From assembly GCF_006345805.1 (NCBI RefSeq), contig NC_043019.1, positions 1,984,001-2,048,000 on the forward strand: a stretch of DNA of 64,000 bases, in the 5' to 3' direction. The stretch comes from Octopus sinensis (taxonomy: Eukaryota). Below the pieces are notes generated by a model. It was not told where the DNA came from and searched no databases. It saw only the letters and a list, made by a program, of their open reading frames with translations. Positions within the stretch are counted from its first letter, which is position 1; each line of letters begins with the position of its first letter. Positions 37,728 to 50,124 of the stretch are shown one piece after another. The translations under genes were made by a program, and so were the position numbers.

Positions 37728-38743
37728 CATACTAAATGCAGAAGCGTTGTAATCAGAGAGATTATACCCAAACAGCATTTCTGTCGTCCACGAATTAAAC
37801 GAATATATGAATATATATGCTATCGTATAATATTTAATCAAAAAATCTATGTGAAGTATGTGTCCTCTACCAGACTTGAGAAGATACTGCATCAGAATTT
37901 TCCTGTTAGATGTCAAAACTGTGTCTCGACAATATCTTTAATATGATAATAATGAAAGTAACACTCAAGATAATTGTAGAGAGGAGCAACGCCGTTCCCC
38001 ACCAGTGTATATTAAAATCTGAAGCATTTGAAGACGCCTGGAAGATTTAATAGAAAGATTGATATGATAAACAGATGAAAAGGAAGGCCTAGCCTCGAAA
38101 TTAGTCGTTATCTCCTAGATTCGCCTATGAAATCAGCTTTTGATGGTATCGTATGCAGCTACTGAAAATCAGGACAGTTTTATTTTTAAAAATCATATAA
38201 GAATTTCCAAGCTTACTTCCCTTTCTAGTAAATTTGAAAACGCAGTTACCAGCGACATAACATTTTGAATGTCTTAATGAGAAATGTCATAGCAAGGTGA
38301 AATACATTAGAATGAAAAGAGAAAATTCAAAGAAAATTAGTGATGTTCTGTGTTGGCTAATACTTAATACAAAACGGCATAAAATAAATTGAGGACTATA
38401 GAAATGAAAAGAAGAATAATGTTTCGAGCACAGCCCTTTGTTAGATGAGAAATTAGACGTTTGCTGATAGCATAACTGGATTTTCTTAGAAGCGTACAAT
38501 GCAACGTCGCTGGCATCTCATTATTATTATCTTTATTCAAATTGATCATTTGAAGTATGAATGAGAGTTATATAAGAACTTATAATTTTACCTTGGAATC
38601 CACAAATTCAATAAATTGCATAGTTTCTGTGCCTAAAGATATTTCAGTAACTAGAGAATATTAATTCAAATATCATTAGACAGAAGTTCGTCAATTTCGC
38701 TTAGACTTTGCACATCTTACAAATATATATATATTATTATTAT

Positions 38744-39140
38744 GTTAGCGCGCCGGGTGAAATGCTAAGCGGTATTTCGTCTGCCGCTACGTTTTGAGTT
38801 CAAATTCCGCCGAGGCCGACTTTGCCTTTCATCCTTTCGAGGTCGATTAAATAAGTACCAGTTACGTACTGGGGTCGATATAATGGACTTAATCCGTTTG
38901 TCTGTCCTTGTTTGTCCTCTCTGTGTTTAGCCCCTTGTGGGTAGTAAAGAAATAGGTATTTCGTCTGCCGTTACGTTCTGAGTTCAAATTCCGCCGAGGT
39001 CGACTTTGCTTTTCATCCTTTCGGGGTCGATAAATAAAGTACCAGTTTCCCACTGGGGTCGATGTAATCGACTTAATCCGTTTGTCTGTCCTTGTTTGTC
39101 CCTTCTATGTTTAGCCCCTTGTGGGTAGTAAAGAAATAAA
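38744..39140 (+). mobile_element. SINE family A dimer
   Basis: Same AAATAGGTATTTCG junction at ~38955. Confidence 0.88.
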
Positions 39141-39154
39141 TATACTATTAATAT

Positions 39155-40135
39155 TGTTACGGACCACCTGCCGTCGCTCGGTCGAACGGAGAATTCGCCA
39201 CACAGAGAGAACTCGGTGGGGATGGCAACGAACACGGCAGGACCGGAGAGAACAACAACAACAAACAGCGGCAGGAAGAGATACAGAGAGAGACACACGG
39301 AGGCAATCGGCTACATTTAACAACAGTTTATACAAATATTACAACAAATACAATGTGATACATCAGGTACATCAAAGTAAATACAGGCAACAGAATCAAC
39401 AGCATGCAGATGCAATATACAGTGTTCATAGACAAATAATTCACGTTACAAATCAAAGCAACAATACACGCTGATACAATAAAACAACAGCATTTAAAGA
39501 AAACAACAAATCAATACATTATACAATCTTCAAGTCACAACAGTTCAATTAACGTACACATTAACGATACAGTTCAGAGTTCTTTTCTTGTCTTTTTGTC
39601 CTTCTTTTCTTGTAACACGTATCAATACAATTCACATTGTTCTCTATGACACATCAACAGGTCCTTTACTCAATTCACATTGTTCAATTCTTTTACCTAT
39701 GTAACACAACTCAATAATCAACACATACCGTACAACAGCCAATGCCTCACACCATAGTCCTCTCTATTAGCTGTTTAATACTATCTGTCTGTCTTTCCTT
39801 ACGCCGCCGCCGCCTCAAGCCGTAATCCCATCTGCCTATCTTCCTCTTCCAGTTACCGTCACAGCAGAACAATCACTGGTAACTCAATGAATCCCAACTG
39901 CCAACTGCCTTTCATCTCGCACAGCAGAAACAACCTGTTACTCACTTGCTCTGTCCTCAACTGACTAACAGACTCACATCTCTTTGCTTTTTAAGGGGTT
40001 TCCTCGAACTTTCCTTGACCGGCACAAGGGGAGGGATCCTTCCAAAAGCCATCACTCTTTCGTGAATCTGACAGAACAATGGATTTATTCCAAAAGTATG
40101 TCGCAAACAACTGTCCTTAAATTGAACTCACAACA
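39155..40135 (-). mobile_element. Solo LTR (~981 bp), Gypsy-like
   Basis: TGTT...AACA termini with 4-bp TSD ATAT (39151-39154, 40136-40139); composition distinct from the flanks; orientation inferred. Confidence 0.75.
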
Positions 40136-40449
40136 ATATGTTTATCAGTGTATGATCAATTACTCTGTATATCCATACATATATCTTCCCATTTCACCAT
40201 AAATTCATCTGTGTATAACTTTGTGTGTAAATGTGTATTTTTGTTCTGTTGCTATTGTTCATGATGTTGACGCTTAACACTAGGTCATTCATGATTGATC
40301 AGGCATATAATTGAAACTTTCCATACAAAAAAAAACAAAAAGGCACCCAATATTTTTGACTAATACATTTCAAATTAGCCTTAAATAAGTGATCTATTTT
40401 AGAACTTGTTGGGAATATTCTAATACAAATATGTCAGCTATTAATTATA

Positions 40450-40774
40450 GGAGCAATCCGTCGGTTACGACGACGAGGGTCCCAGCTGATACGATCAACG
40501 GAACAGCTTGCTCGTAAAACTAACGTGCAAATGGCTGAGCATTCCACAGACACGTTTACCCTTAACGTAGTTCGCAAAGAGATTCAGCGTGACACAGAGT
40601 GTGATAAGGCTGGCCCTTTGAAATACAGGTACAACTCATTTTTGCCAGCTGAGTGGACTGGAGCAACGTGAAATAAAGTGTCTTGCTCAAGGACACAACG
40701 CGTCGCCGGGAATCGAACTCACAACCTTACGATCATGAGCCGAATGCCCTAACCACTAAGCCACGCGCCCTCAC
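40450..40774 (-). mobile_element. tRNA-derived CORE-like SINE, family D (shares its 3' tail with family C; possibly OR2-like)
   Basis: Head GTGAGGGCGCGTGGCTTAGTGG, CORE-like GTGTCCTTGAGCAAGACAC, tail ...AACCGACGG; 13-bp TSD CAGCTATTAATTA. Confidence 0.88.
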
Positions 40775-42009
40775 CAGCTATTAATTAATATTTAGCTGAT
40801 TGAACGAGCAACATTAACTACGTAAATCCTCTCCTCCTTGCTTCATGGATGTGCACACATTTCTGTGTTCCTTTATCAGCCTATTTTTGTCTACGTGTGT
40901 AATTTTATTATTCTCATTGCGACTAACAAAATTCCTGATACAGCGAGCCGCAGAGCAGTACGGCCATTTAAAGACGCGTAAAACTAATCTATGTTTAATG
41001 GTATATAAATATCTGTTTGACGTTAGTTAGTAAGACAGTTGTTTAAAAGCAGTGTTCGTGTAATATGGCTGACAATTATCTGCTGATTATGTCTTCTCAA
41101 GAGACACATAGATAACTCGGTACATGTCAGTGTAGAACACCAATTAATGGCATTCAAGTAATTCACTTTGTCCTACCAAGAAATATAAATCAATGGTTTG
41201 TCACCATATAATTTCTTTAATTAATCAAATTTCGTATAATTTCTCTTGCTTTTATACATACATGTCATGTGTACACACACACACTGACATATGTATAGAC
41301 ACACATATGTATGTACGTACGTATGTCTATATATATAATGTGTGTTTCGTTTTTGGATTTGGTTTGCAAGATTCTTTATGTGAGTTCGTGTGTTGAAGCA
41401 TATTCTGTTGTGTCTGGGGAGAGTCATTCTCTTTTGGTGCCTTATAAAGTAACACACTCACCGGTAAAATTTCCACTTATTTTTATTTTATATAACGGCG
41501 GTGCATCAGCATGGCCGCAGCTCTAAGCTGAAACTAAAAAAAAAAGAGAAAAAATATCATGTGGATCACTTTGTGTGGTTGTGTACCTATACATGCATGC
41601 ATGCCTGTATGTATGTATGCATGTGTGTGTATGCATGTATGTGTGTGTGCATATGTATCTATCTGTGTATGTATACTTGTATGTATTCTGCATATTCATG
41701 CGTTTGCAAGTCCGTGTGTGTGTTTTTATGTATGTATGTGTGAATGTGTTTGTATATGTTTGTGTGTATCTCTGTCTCCTTGTGTGTACATGTCTGAGTG
41801 TGTATGTGTGTTTTGCAACTACGTACCGTGTTTGTATGTATGGATGTGTATCTCCGTATGTGTGGACGTGTGTCTCCAAAAGACCGATAAAATAAGAAGT
41901 ACTAGAATAAGTCCTGAGATCGATTTGTTCGACTAAAAGGGATGTCCCAGCATGGCCGCAGTCAAATAACTGTAACAAGTAAACGAACAAAAGAATAAAA
42001 GAATATATA

Positions 42010-42022
42010 TTGAGAGATATAC

Positions 42023-42106
<84 letters not shown>

Positions 42107-42235
42107 GGATAGATAGATAGATGGATAGATGGATATATAGATAGATAGATAGATAGATAGATAGACAGATAGACAGATAGATAGATGGATGGATGGATGG
42201 ATGGATGGATGGATGGATGGATGGATGGATGGATG

Positions 42236-42296
<61 letters not shown>

Positions 42297-42316
42297 ATAG
42301 ATTACTAGATAGATAT
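42010..42316. repeat. (GATA)n/(GATG)n array at the 3' junction of the second LINE copy
   Basis: Seen directly in sequence. Confidence 0.95.
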
Positions 42317-43963
42317 GTTTCTTTATTAGCCACACAGGGCTGCACACAGATAGAACAAATTACAAGGTAGAGCTTTTCTTTTGAAGGTTTTAAAGAAAAA
42401 AAAAAATAATAATAATAATAATAAAAAAAAATAAAATAAAATAAAAAAAAAGGGGGGTCGATCAAAAGGGATCGTAAAAGGAGAGAAAGAGGACAAAAAA
42501 AAGGGGGGTTAAAAAAAAGGGAGAGGAAAAAAAATTGATCAATAGGGATCGTTATCACAGAAATGTCAATATGAAGTGTAAAGGGGAGGACAGGTGAGGT
42601 TTACCCGTGGAAAGAAAAGCCTACGGAAAAGACCACGGTAACCTCGGTCAATGAAGTCACATGTTATATTTCTTTTTTTTTTTTTTGCAAATAAGCAACT
42701 CTCTGTATTAATTTTTACGGTTCATAGAATCATAGTCAAGGTGGCTTCGTCATTCATACGTGCTATCCTTGCTACATTCACCCATCTTTTTTAAAACATT
42801 CACTAGACAAAACTTGCCTCTCTACTCTCACTTTTTTCTTCAAGTGATACTTGAAGAAGTTGATGAGAGATTGACCATAGAGGAAAGTGTTTGTCACTAA
42901 TCCTTTCAGACGCGTCCACCAGATACATTCTTTCGCCATAGCCACAAGTATGATAAAAATAGCTCTTCCTTCCCGTTTGAAGGAAGGAGGCGTGACGATA
43001 TTAACGATAGACTCGGCTGATAAACCGACACGTCCCACACGTGACAGCAGTCGTTCGACATAAGCCCACAGGTGGTAAATTGCTGGACACTGCACGATTG
43101 CGTGCAGAGCGGTTTCGTCGCTCTGCCCGCATCTCGGGCAGGTCGGCCCCGTGTTTCTCGAGCCATGCCTATAGAGCTTATCCCAAACGGGTAGCGCTTC
43201 TCGGTAGCACCGCCAGGCCAGGGATCTCTGGAAGTTGTCCATAGGTCCCGGGCCGAAAATCGTTTGAAACAGGCGGGTCAGGTATTCCTCGTCGACGCCC
43301 AGGTTTGCCCCGAGCTCGTCGTCGTACCTCCCCTCCACTAATCCCCTATAGAATGCTTTGGTTGTGTTGAAGTCACTCAAGGTCGACCCGGGACGGCAGA
43401 GTTGCTTGAGAGCAACGCGACACTCGCGGTGCCATTCGCCCTTCTTCGGCTCTTTTTGATCCACGACTGTAGTTCGGTCATGGAGACGAGTTGCGGGAAT
43501 GCGTGCCTCACAAACGGCGACCACACCTGTTCACCGTCGTCTACATAGAGCCGGAGATGTCGCAGTCTCAGCGCGTGTCTGCGCATCATCAACCACGGCA
43601 TGCCCAGCCCTCCTTTTAACGGGTGTTGACAGCAAATGGATCGCCTGACCATCGGGACGCATCCTTTCCACAAGAAGCGGAAGAGGATGCGTTCTAGTTT
43701 GGTGATGGTAGGGTCGGGACAAGGTACGACGGTCAGGCGGTAGTAGATGATGGACGCGATGTACGCGTTCACCACCTCCGCCCGACCTTTTAGGGACAGT
43801 TTCCTCTCGGCCCATTGCTGGGCGAGAGTGACCACCCTACTCGTTATCTCGTTCCAGTTCTTCTCCATTTGGAGGTCCGGACCGAACCAGACCCCGAGCA
43901 ACTCAACGGGGCCGTCTGTCCAGCGTCCCACGACGGAGGTACTGGTGGACGGCATGGGCTTGC
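42317..43963 (-). mobile_element. 5'-truncated copy of the Tx1-like LINE (ORF2 C-terminus plus 3'UTR)
   Basis: Highly similar to 3010-~4660; zinc finger CPRCGQSDETALHAIVQC; truncation point abuts (GATA)n at 43964-43987. Confidence 0.93.
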
Positions 43964-44347
43964 GATAGATAGATAGATAGATAGATATACTCGCAGTCAT
44001 GAAATGAGTGTAGAATATTTTTTAAAGACAGAACCGATGCATGACTCTTGTTGATACATATGTCAGTATGTCACATGCCTGTAAGCAACTGTGCACGTAT
44101 GTTCATTCCACGAACAATGGATATACACATACGTTTGTAAGTTATTTTATACAAATATTTAGTTTATATAGCACAGACCACCTGTGCTTCTAGTTGCATA
44201 TGAAAATGTAAAGACTGAAGCTTTAAGTTCCGCACCAATTTGACATAATCCTCTTTCTATATGATTTCAGACTAGCCATTCGTATCTCCTGATTTCCATA
44301 ACAGTGCCTGACTTTTGGTGTCAGTGTCATAGAATAAATGTTTCAAA

Positions 44348-44506
44348 CAGGTGTGGCTGTCTGGTAAGAAGCATGTTTCCCAACAGCATGGTTCCGGGTT
44401 CAGTTTTACTGCGTGGCACCTTGGGTGTCTTCGACTTTTCTACTTCAACCTTGGTCGACCAAAGCCTTATGAGTGGATCTGGTAGACGGAACCTGAAAGA
44501 AACCCG

Positions 44507-44509
<3 letters not shown>
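44348..44509 (+). mobile_element. SINE family B 5' half whose internal (TA)n hosts the foldback element
   Basis: Head and CORE-like motifs up to GAAAGAAACCCGTCAT, then (TA)n. Confidence 0.75.
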
Positions 44510-44552
<43 letters not shown>

Positions 44553-44723
44553 ATATTAGGGAATAAATCCAAATTTACAGGGAAAAAAATCAGATTTGGG
44601 ATTAAATCCAATTTTATAGTAAAATATTATAAAATATTATTAGAGACAAAACCACTATTTTGCAAAACAAACAAGGAAAGACTTAATCAATACATAAAAT
44701 TTTAATAAATAGTCAAAAAACCG

Positions 44724-44766
44724 CCACTACAATCGTTTCTTGTTTTGATCGACAATCTTCAGGTGG
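44724..44766 (-). ncRNA. Minimal type I hammerhead ribozyme (left arm; one stem II mismatch)
   Basis: Minus strand: CCAC-CTGAAGA-TTGTC GATCAA AACAA-GAAA-C GATT G-TA-GTGG. Confidence 0.72.
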
Positions 44767-47700
44767 ACTTCCAATCTAAAAAATCAATATTTTAAAATAT
44801 AAAAATAATAATTTTAAAATAATTAAAGTATGAATGAAAAAATATAAGTATATAATCCTATATAACCTATATATAATCCATATATAATCAAAATATAAAA
44901 ACAATATAAACTAAAAAAATATCAACAATTAAATATAAACTATAAAATATAAAATATAAAATATAAAACAAAACAAAAAAATAATAATAATATAATAATA
45001 AACTATATATACACCCATACACATATACCTAATTATATATAACCATATCTAACTACATACACTAAATCACACACCTATATATATATCCCTATACATACAC
45101 ATAAAAACGTCTAGGCAACTATAATAAATAAAATAGCTAAATACTTCAACACAATACTTATTCATACTCCCACACACACACACATACAACCCACATTCAC
45201 GCTCTAGAAAACGGACATCACTCAAAACTATGAACGGAGAAATGGAATAAATGGAATTAAAAATTATATTCACTTGGTAAAACGAAACACTACTTAAAAA
45301 TTATGAATGAAACAATGCAATAAAACAACAGACATCGCAAATAGACACAAATTACTACGAATTCCTTAACAAACCTATCATGATAAACCAAAAACTCATA
45401 AAAACATATAATGATAAAATCTCCCTTTACTAAACTCTATAACAAACCTATAGCAATCCCCCTAACCTAAACATTCACACACAAATACACACACGTAAAC
45501 CACACACCCACGACATATACAAATACCCACACCACTTACACATACCAATACATACATATAAACCTCAACATATACTCCAAAAACCCACTCAACCCCACAC
45601 AGACAAATAAACACAAAAATTATGAATGGATTCATTTATAAAACTACCATGATAAGCTAAAACTCACAAAACAGAAATGATAAAACCTCCCTTTACTAAA
45701 CACTATAACATACTTATATAGCAATCCCTTTAACCTATACATTCACACACAAAAACACACACGTAAACCACACACCATAACAAATACAAACACCCACCCC
45801 ACTCACACACACCCACAAGTACATATAAGCCTCAACATATACACCAAACAAAATTACTTTACCAATGAACTTAACATATGTATAAAAAGTATAACCGCTC
45901 TGGAAACGAACATCTCTAAATTAATGAATGGAGAAATGGAATAAATGGAATTAAAAATAATATTCACGTGGCAAAACGAACACCACTCAAAAATTATGAA
46001 TGAAACAATGTAATAAAACAACCAACATCGAAAATAGACAAATTACCACGAATTCCCTAAAAAAAACATGATAAACCAAAACTCTTAAAAACATATAACG
46101 ATAAAATCTCCCTTTGCTAAACTCTATAACAAACCTATATAATAATCCCCCTAACCTAAACATTCACACACAAATACACACACGTAAACCACAGACCCAC
46201 GACTTATACACATACCTATACTAACTTATAAACCTCAATATACACCAAAACCCACTCACTCCCCACACAAGTGTATCTCCGGTGTATATGTTGAGGTTTA
46301 TATGTAGCGCTGTGGAGGCGAATGTCGTTGAAATTGTGAATGAATGGGTGGAGTTGGGAATTGTAACCGGGTGGTGGACTAGCGTTGCTTGGAATTGTGA
46401 ATGGATTAGTGTCGTAGTGAGGTAGGCATCGAGAATAGGTTTGGGTTACTGCAAGTTGTTTGTTAGAGCTGCTAAGGTGAGCTAAAGCTCATAAATGTAT
46501 ATAATGATTTTTCATGGTAGTTTTTTAAAGAATCCATTCATAATAAATTTTTTAAGTAGTGTTGGTTTGCTACGTGGATATAGTTTTTAGTTCCATTTAT
46601 TCTATTTCTCCATTCATAATTTAAATGACGTTACTTTCTATGGCGCGTATTCTTCTTTTTTTTACATAAGTTATTTCTATGGTAACGTAATTTGGTTTGT
46701 TTTTTTTAACGGCTAAGAATTTAATTTCACTTCATAATTTGAAACTGACTTGTAAGTATGTATTTTATTTATCCTTATATCATATTGTTATTTTTGATAT
46801 TCTGGTTAATTACGATGTATTTAATGTTGTTTTCATAGGAGTGTTTATGTATATGAGATTGTGTGTGAGTTTTTAGTTGTATAATTTATTTATCTGTATG
46901 AGTGTGGGTGTGTAAATATTGTTGTATATATCGAGTTTAGTGAGTATGTATATGCGTATATGTGAGGGAGTATATGTATCTGTTGTGTGTGTGTGTTTTG
47001 CGTGGGTGTGTTTGTGTGTGTGTGTGAATGTTTGTATTTATTTGGGTTTGTTATTTTGTTTTAGGGATGTTTGTGTTTTGTGTTGTGTTGTGTGTGTTGG
47101 GTGGGGTGTGGTTTTGGTGTATATGAGGTTTTAAGTTAGTATAGGTATGTGTATAAGTCGTGGGTCTGTGGTTTACGTGTGTGTATTTGTGTGTGAATGT
47201 TTAGGTTAGGGGGATTGCTATATAGGTTTGTTATAGAGTTTAGCAAAGGGAGATTTTATCGTTATATGTTTTTATGAGTTTTTTTATGAGTTTTGGTTTA
47301 TCATGGTTTTTTTAGGGAATTCGTGGTAATTTGTCTATTTTCGATGTTGGTTGTTTTATTACATTGTTTCATTCATAATTTTTGAGTGGTGTTCGTTTTG
47401 CTACGTGAATAACCGGGTGGTGGACTAGCGTTGCTTGGAATTGTGAATGGAATAGTGTAGTAGTGAGGTAGGCATAGAGAATGGGTTTGGGTTACTGCAA
47501 GTTGTTTGTTAGAGCTGCTAAGGTGAGCTAAAGCTCATAAATGTATATAATGATTTTTCATGGTAGTTTTTTAAAGAATCCATTCATAATAAAATTTTTT
47601 AAGTAGTGTTGGTTTGCCACGTGGATATAGTTTTTAGTTCCATTTATTCTATTTCTCCATTCATAATTTAAATGACGTTTACTTTCCATGGCGCGTATTC

Positions 47701-49621
47701 TTTTTTTACATAAGTTATTTCTATGGTAACGTAATTTTGGTTTGATTTTTTTAACGGCTAAGAATTTAATTTCACTTCATAATTTGAAACTGACTTGTAA
47801 GTATGTCTTTTATTTATCCTTATGTCATATTGTTTTTTTGATATTCTGGTTAATTACGATGTATTTAATGTTGTTTTCATAGGAGTGTTTTGTATATGAG
47901 TTTGTGTGTGAGTTTTTAGTTGTGTATAATTTATTTATCTGTATGAGTGTGGGTGTGTAAATATTGTTGTATATATCGAGTTTAGTGAGTATGTATATGC
48001 GTATATGTGAGGGAGTATATGTATCCGTTGTGTGTGTGTGTTTTGCGTGTGTGTGTGTTTGTGTGTGAATGTGTATATGGGTTTGTTATTTAGGTTTTGG
48101 GCATGTGTGTTATTTGTCTGTGTGGGGGAGTGGGGTTTTTTTTTTTTGTGTATTGAGGTTTATAAGTTAGTATAGGTATGTGTATAAGTCGTGGGTCTGT
48201 GGTTTACGTGTGTGTATTTGTGTGTGAATGTTTAGGTTAGGGGGATTATTATATAGGTTTGTTATAGAGTTTAGCAAAGGGAGATTTTATCGTTATATGT
48301 TTTTTAAGAGTTTTGGTTTATCATGGTTTTTTTAGGGAATTCGTGGTAATTTGTCTATTTTCGATGTTGGTTGTTTTATTACATTGTTTCATTCATAATT
48401 TTTGAGTGGTGTTCGTTTTGCCACGTGAATATTATTTTTAATTCCATTTATTCCATTTCTCCATTCATTAATTTAGAGATGTTCGTTTCCAGAGCGGTTA
48501 TACTTTTTATACATATGTTAAGTTCATTGGTAAAGTAATTTTTTGGTGGTGTATATGTTGAGGCTTATATGAACTTGTGGGTGTGTGTGAGTGGGGTGGG
48601 TGTTTGTATTTGTTATGGGTGTGTGGTTTACGTGTGTGTTTGTGTGTGAATGTATAGGTTAAAGGGATTGCTATAAGTATGTTATAGTGTTTAGTAAAGG
48701 GAGGTTTTATCATTTCTGTTTTGTGAGTTTTAGCTTATCATGGTAGTTTTATAAAAGAATCCATTCATATTTTTTGTGTTTATCTGTCTGTGTGGGGTTG
48801 AGTGGGTTTTTGGAGTATAGTTGTTTGATGGTGTATGTATGTTGGTATGTGTAAGTGGTGTGGGTATTTGTATATGTCGTGGGTGTGTGGTTTACGTGTG
48901 TGTATTGTTGTGTGTGAATGTTTAGGTTAGGGGGATTGCTATATAGGTTTGTTATAGAGTTTAGTAAAGGGAGATTTTATCATTATATGTTTTTATGAGT
49001 TTTTGGTTTATCATGATAGGTTGTTAAGGAATTCGTAGTAATTTGTGTCTATTTGCGATGTCTGTTGTTTTATTGCATTGTTTCATTCATAATTTTTAAG
49101 TAGTGTTCGTTTTACCAAGTGAATATTTTTGAATTCCATTTATTCCATTCTCCGTTCATAGTTTTGAGTGATGTCCGTTTTCTAGAGCGTGAATGTGGGT
49201 TGTATGTGTGTGTGGGAGTATGAATAAGTATTGTGTTGAAGTATTTAGCTATTTTATTTATTTATAGTTGCCTAGACGTTTTTATGTGTATGTATAGGGA
49301 TATATATATAGGGTGTGATTTAGTGTATGTAGTTAGATATGGTTATATATAATTAGGTATATGTGTATGGGTGTATATAGTTTATTATTATATTATTATT
49401 ATTTTTTTGTTTTGTTTTATATTTTATATTTTATATTTTATAGTTTATATTTAATTGTTGATAGGTTTTTTTAGTTTATATATTGTTTTTATATTTTGAT
49501 TATATATGGATTATATATAGGTTATATATGCATTATATACTTATATTTTTTCATTCATACTTTAATTATTTTAAAATTATTATTTTTATATTTTAAAATA
49601 TTGATTTTTTAGATTGGAAGT

Positions 49622-49664
49622 CCACCTGAAGATTGTCGATCAAGACAAGAAACGATTGTAGTGG
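49622..49664 (+). ncRNA. Minimal type I hammerhead ribozyme (right arm; intact)
   Basis: Stem I CCAC/GTGG; core CTGAAGA 49626-49632; stem II TTGTC/GACAA; GAAA 49649-49652; stem III AC/GT around GATT; GTA triplet with predicted cleavage after 49660. Confidence 0.8.
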
Positions 49665-49757
49665 CGGTTTTTTTTACTATTTATTAAAATTTTATGTATT
49701 GATTAAGTCTTTCCTTGTTTGTTTTGCAAAATAGTGGTTTTGTCTCTAATAATATTT

Positions 49758-49807
<50 letters not shown>

Positions 49808-49849
49808 TGTGTGTGTGAATGTGTGTGTGTGCGTGTACTTCCCTTTTTT

Positions 49850-49970
49850 TAATTCTGGTACTTATTCTATCGTTGATTGTTTGAGGAGCCGCCAAATTAC
49901 GGTGACGTAACCAAACCAACACCGGTTGGGAAGCGGTGCGGACGGAGAACAGACACAGACACGAAGACAT
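49850..49970 (-). mobile_element. Diverged SINE family B 3' fragment
   Basis: GTACTTATTCTATCG...AAATTACGGTGACGTAA reverse-complement tail motifs. Confidence 0.55.
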
Positions 49971-50001
49971 ATACATAACAATAATAAATATTGATAGAAA
50001 C

Positions 50002-50124
<123 letters not shown>

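Larger units (their letters stand above)
44549..49760. mobile_element. ~5.2-kb foldback element with ~1.64-kb inverted arms and terminal hammerheads (Penelope-like, non-coding)
   Basis: 44629-46270 is the reverse complement of ~48119-49760; internal ~1046-bp tandem duplication (46364 and 47410); modular subrepeats; (TA)n on both sides. Confidence 0.85.

Noticed and set aside
44629-49760. Systematic A-to-G (ADAR-like) hypermutation between the foldback arms
   Set aside because: The differences checked by eye were mixed substitutions and indels, not consistently A/G; a formal alignment would be needed.
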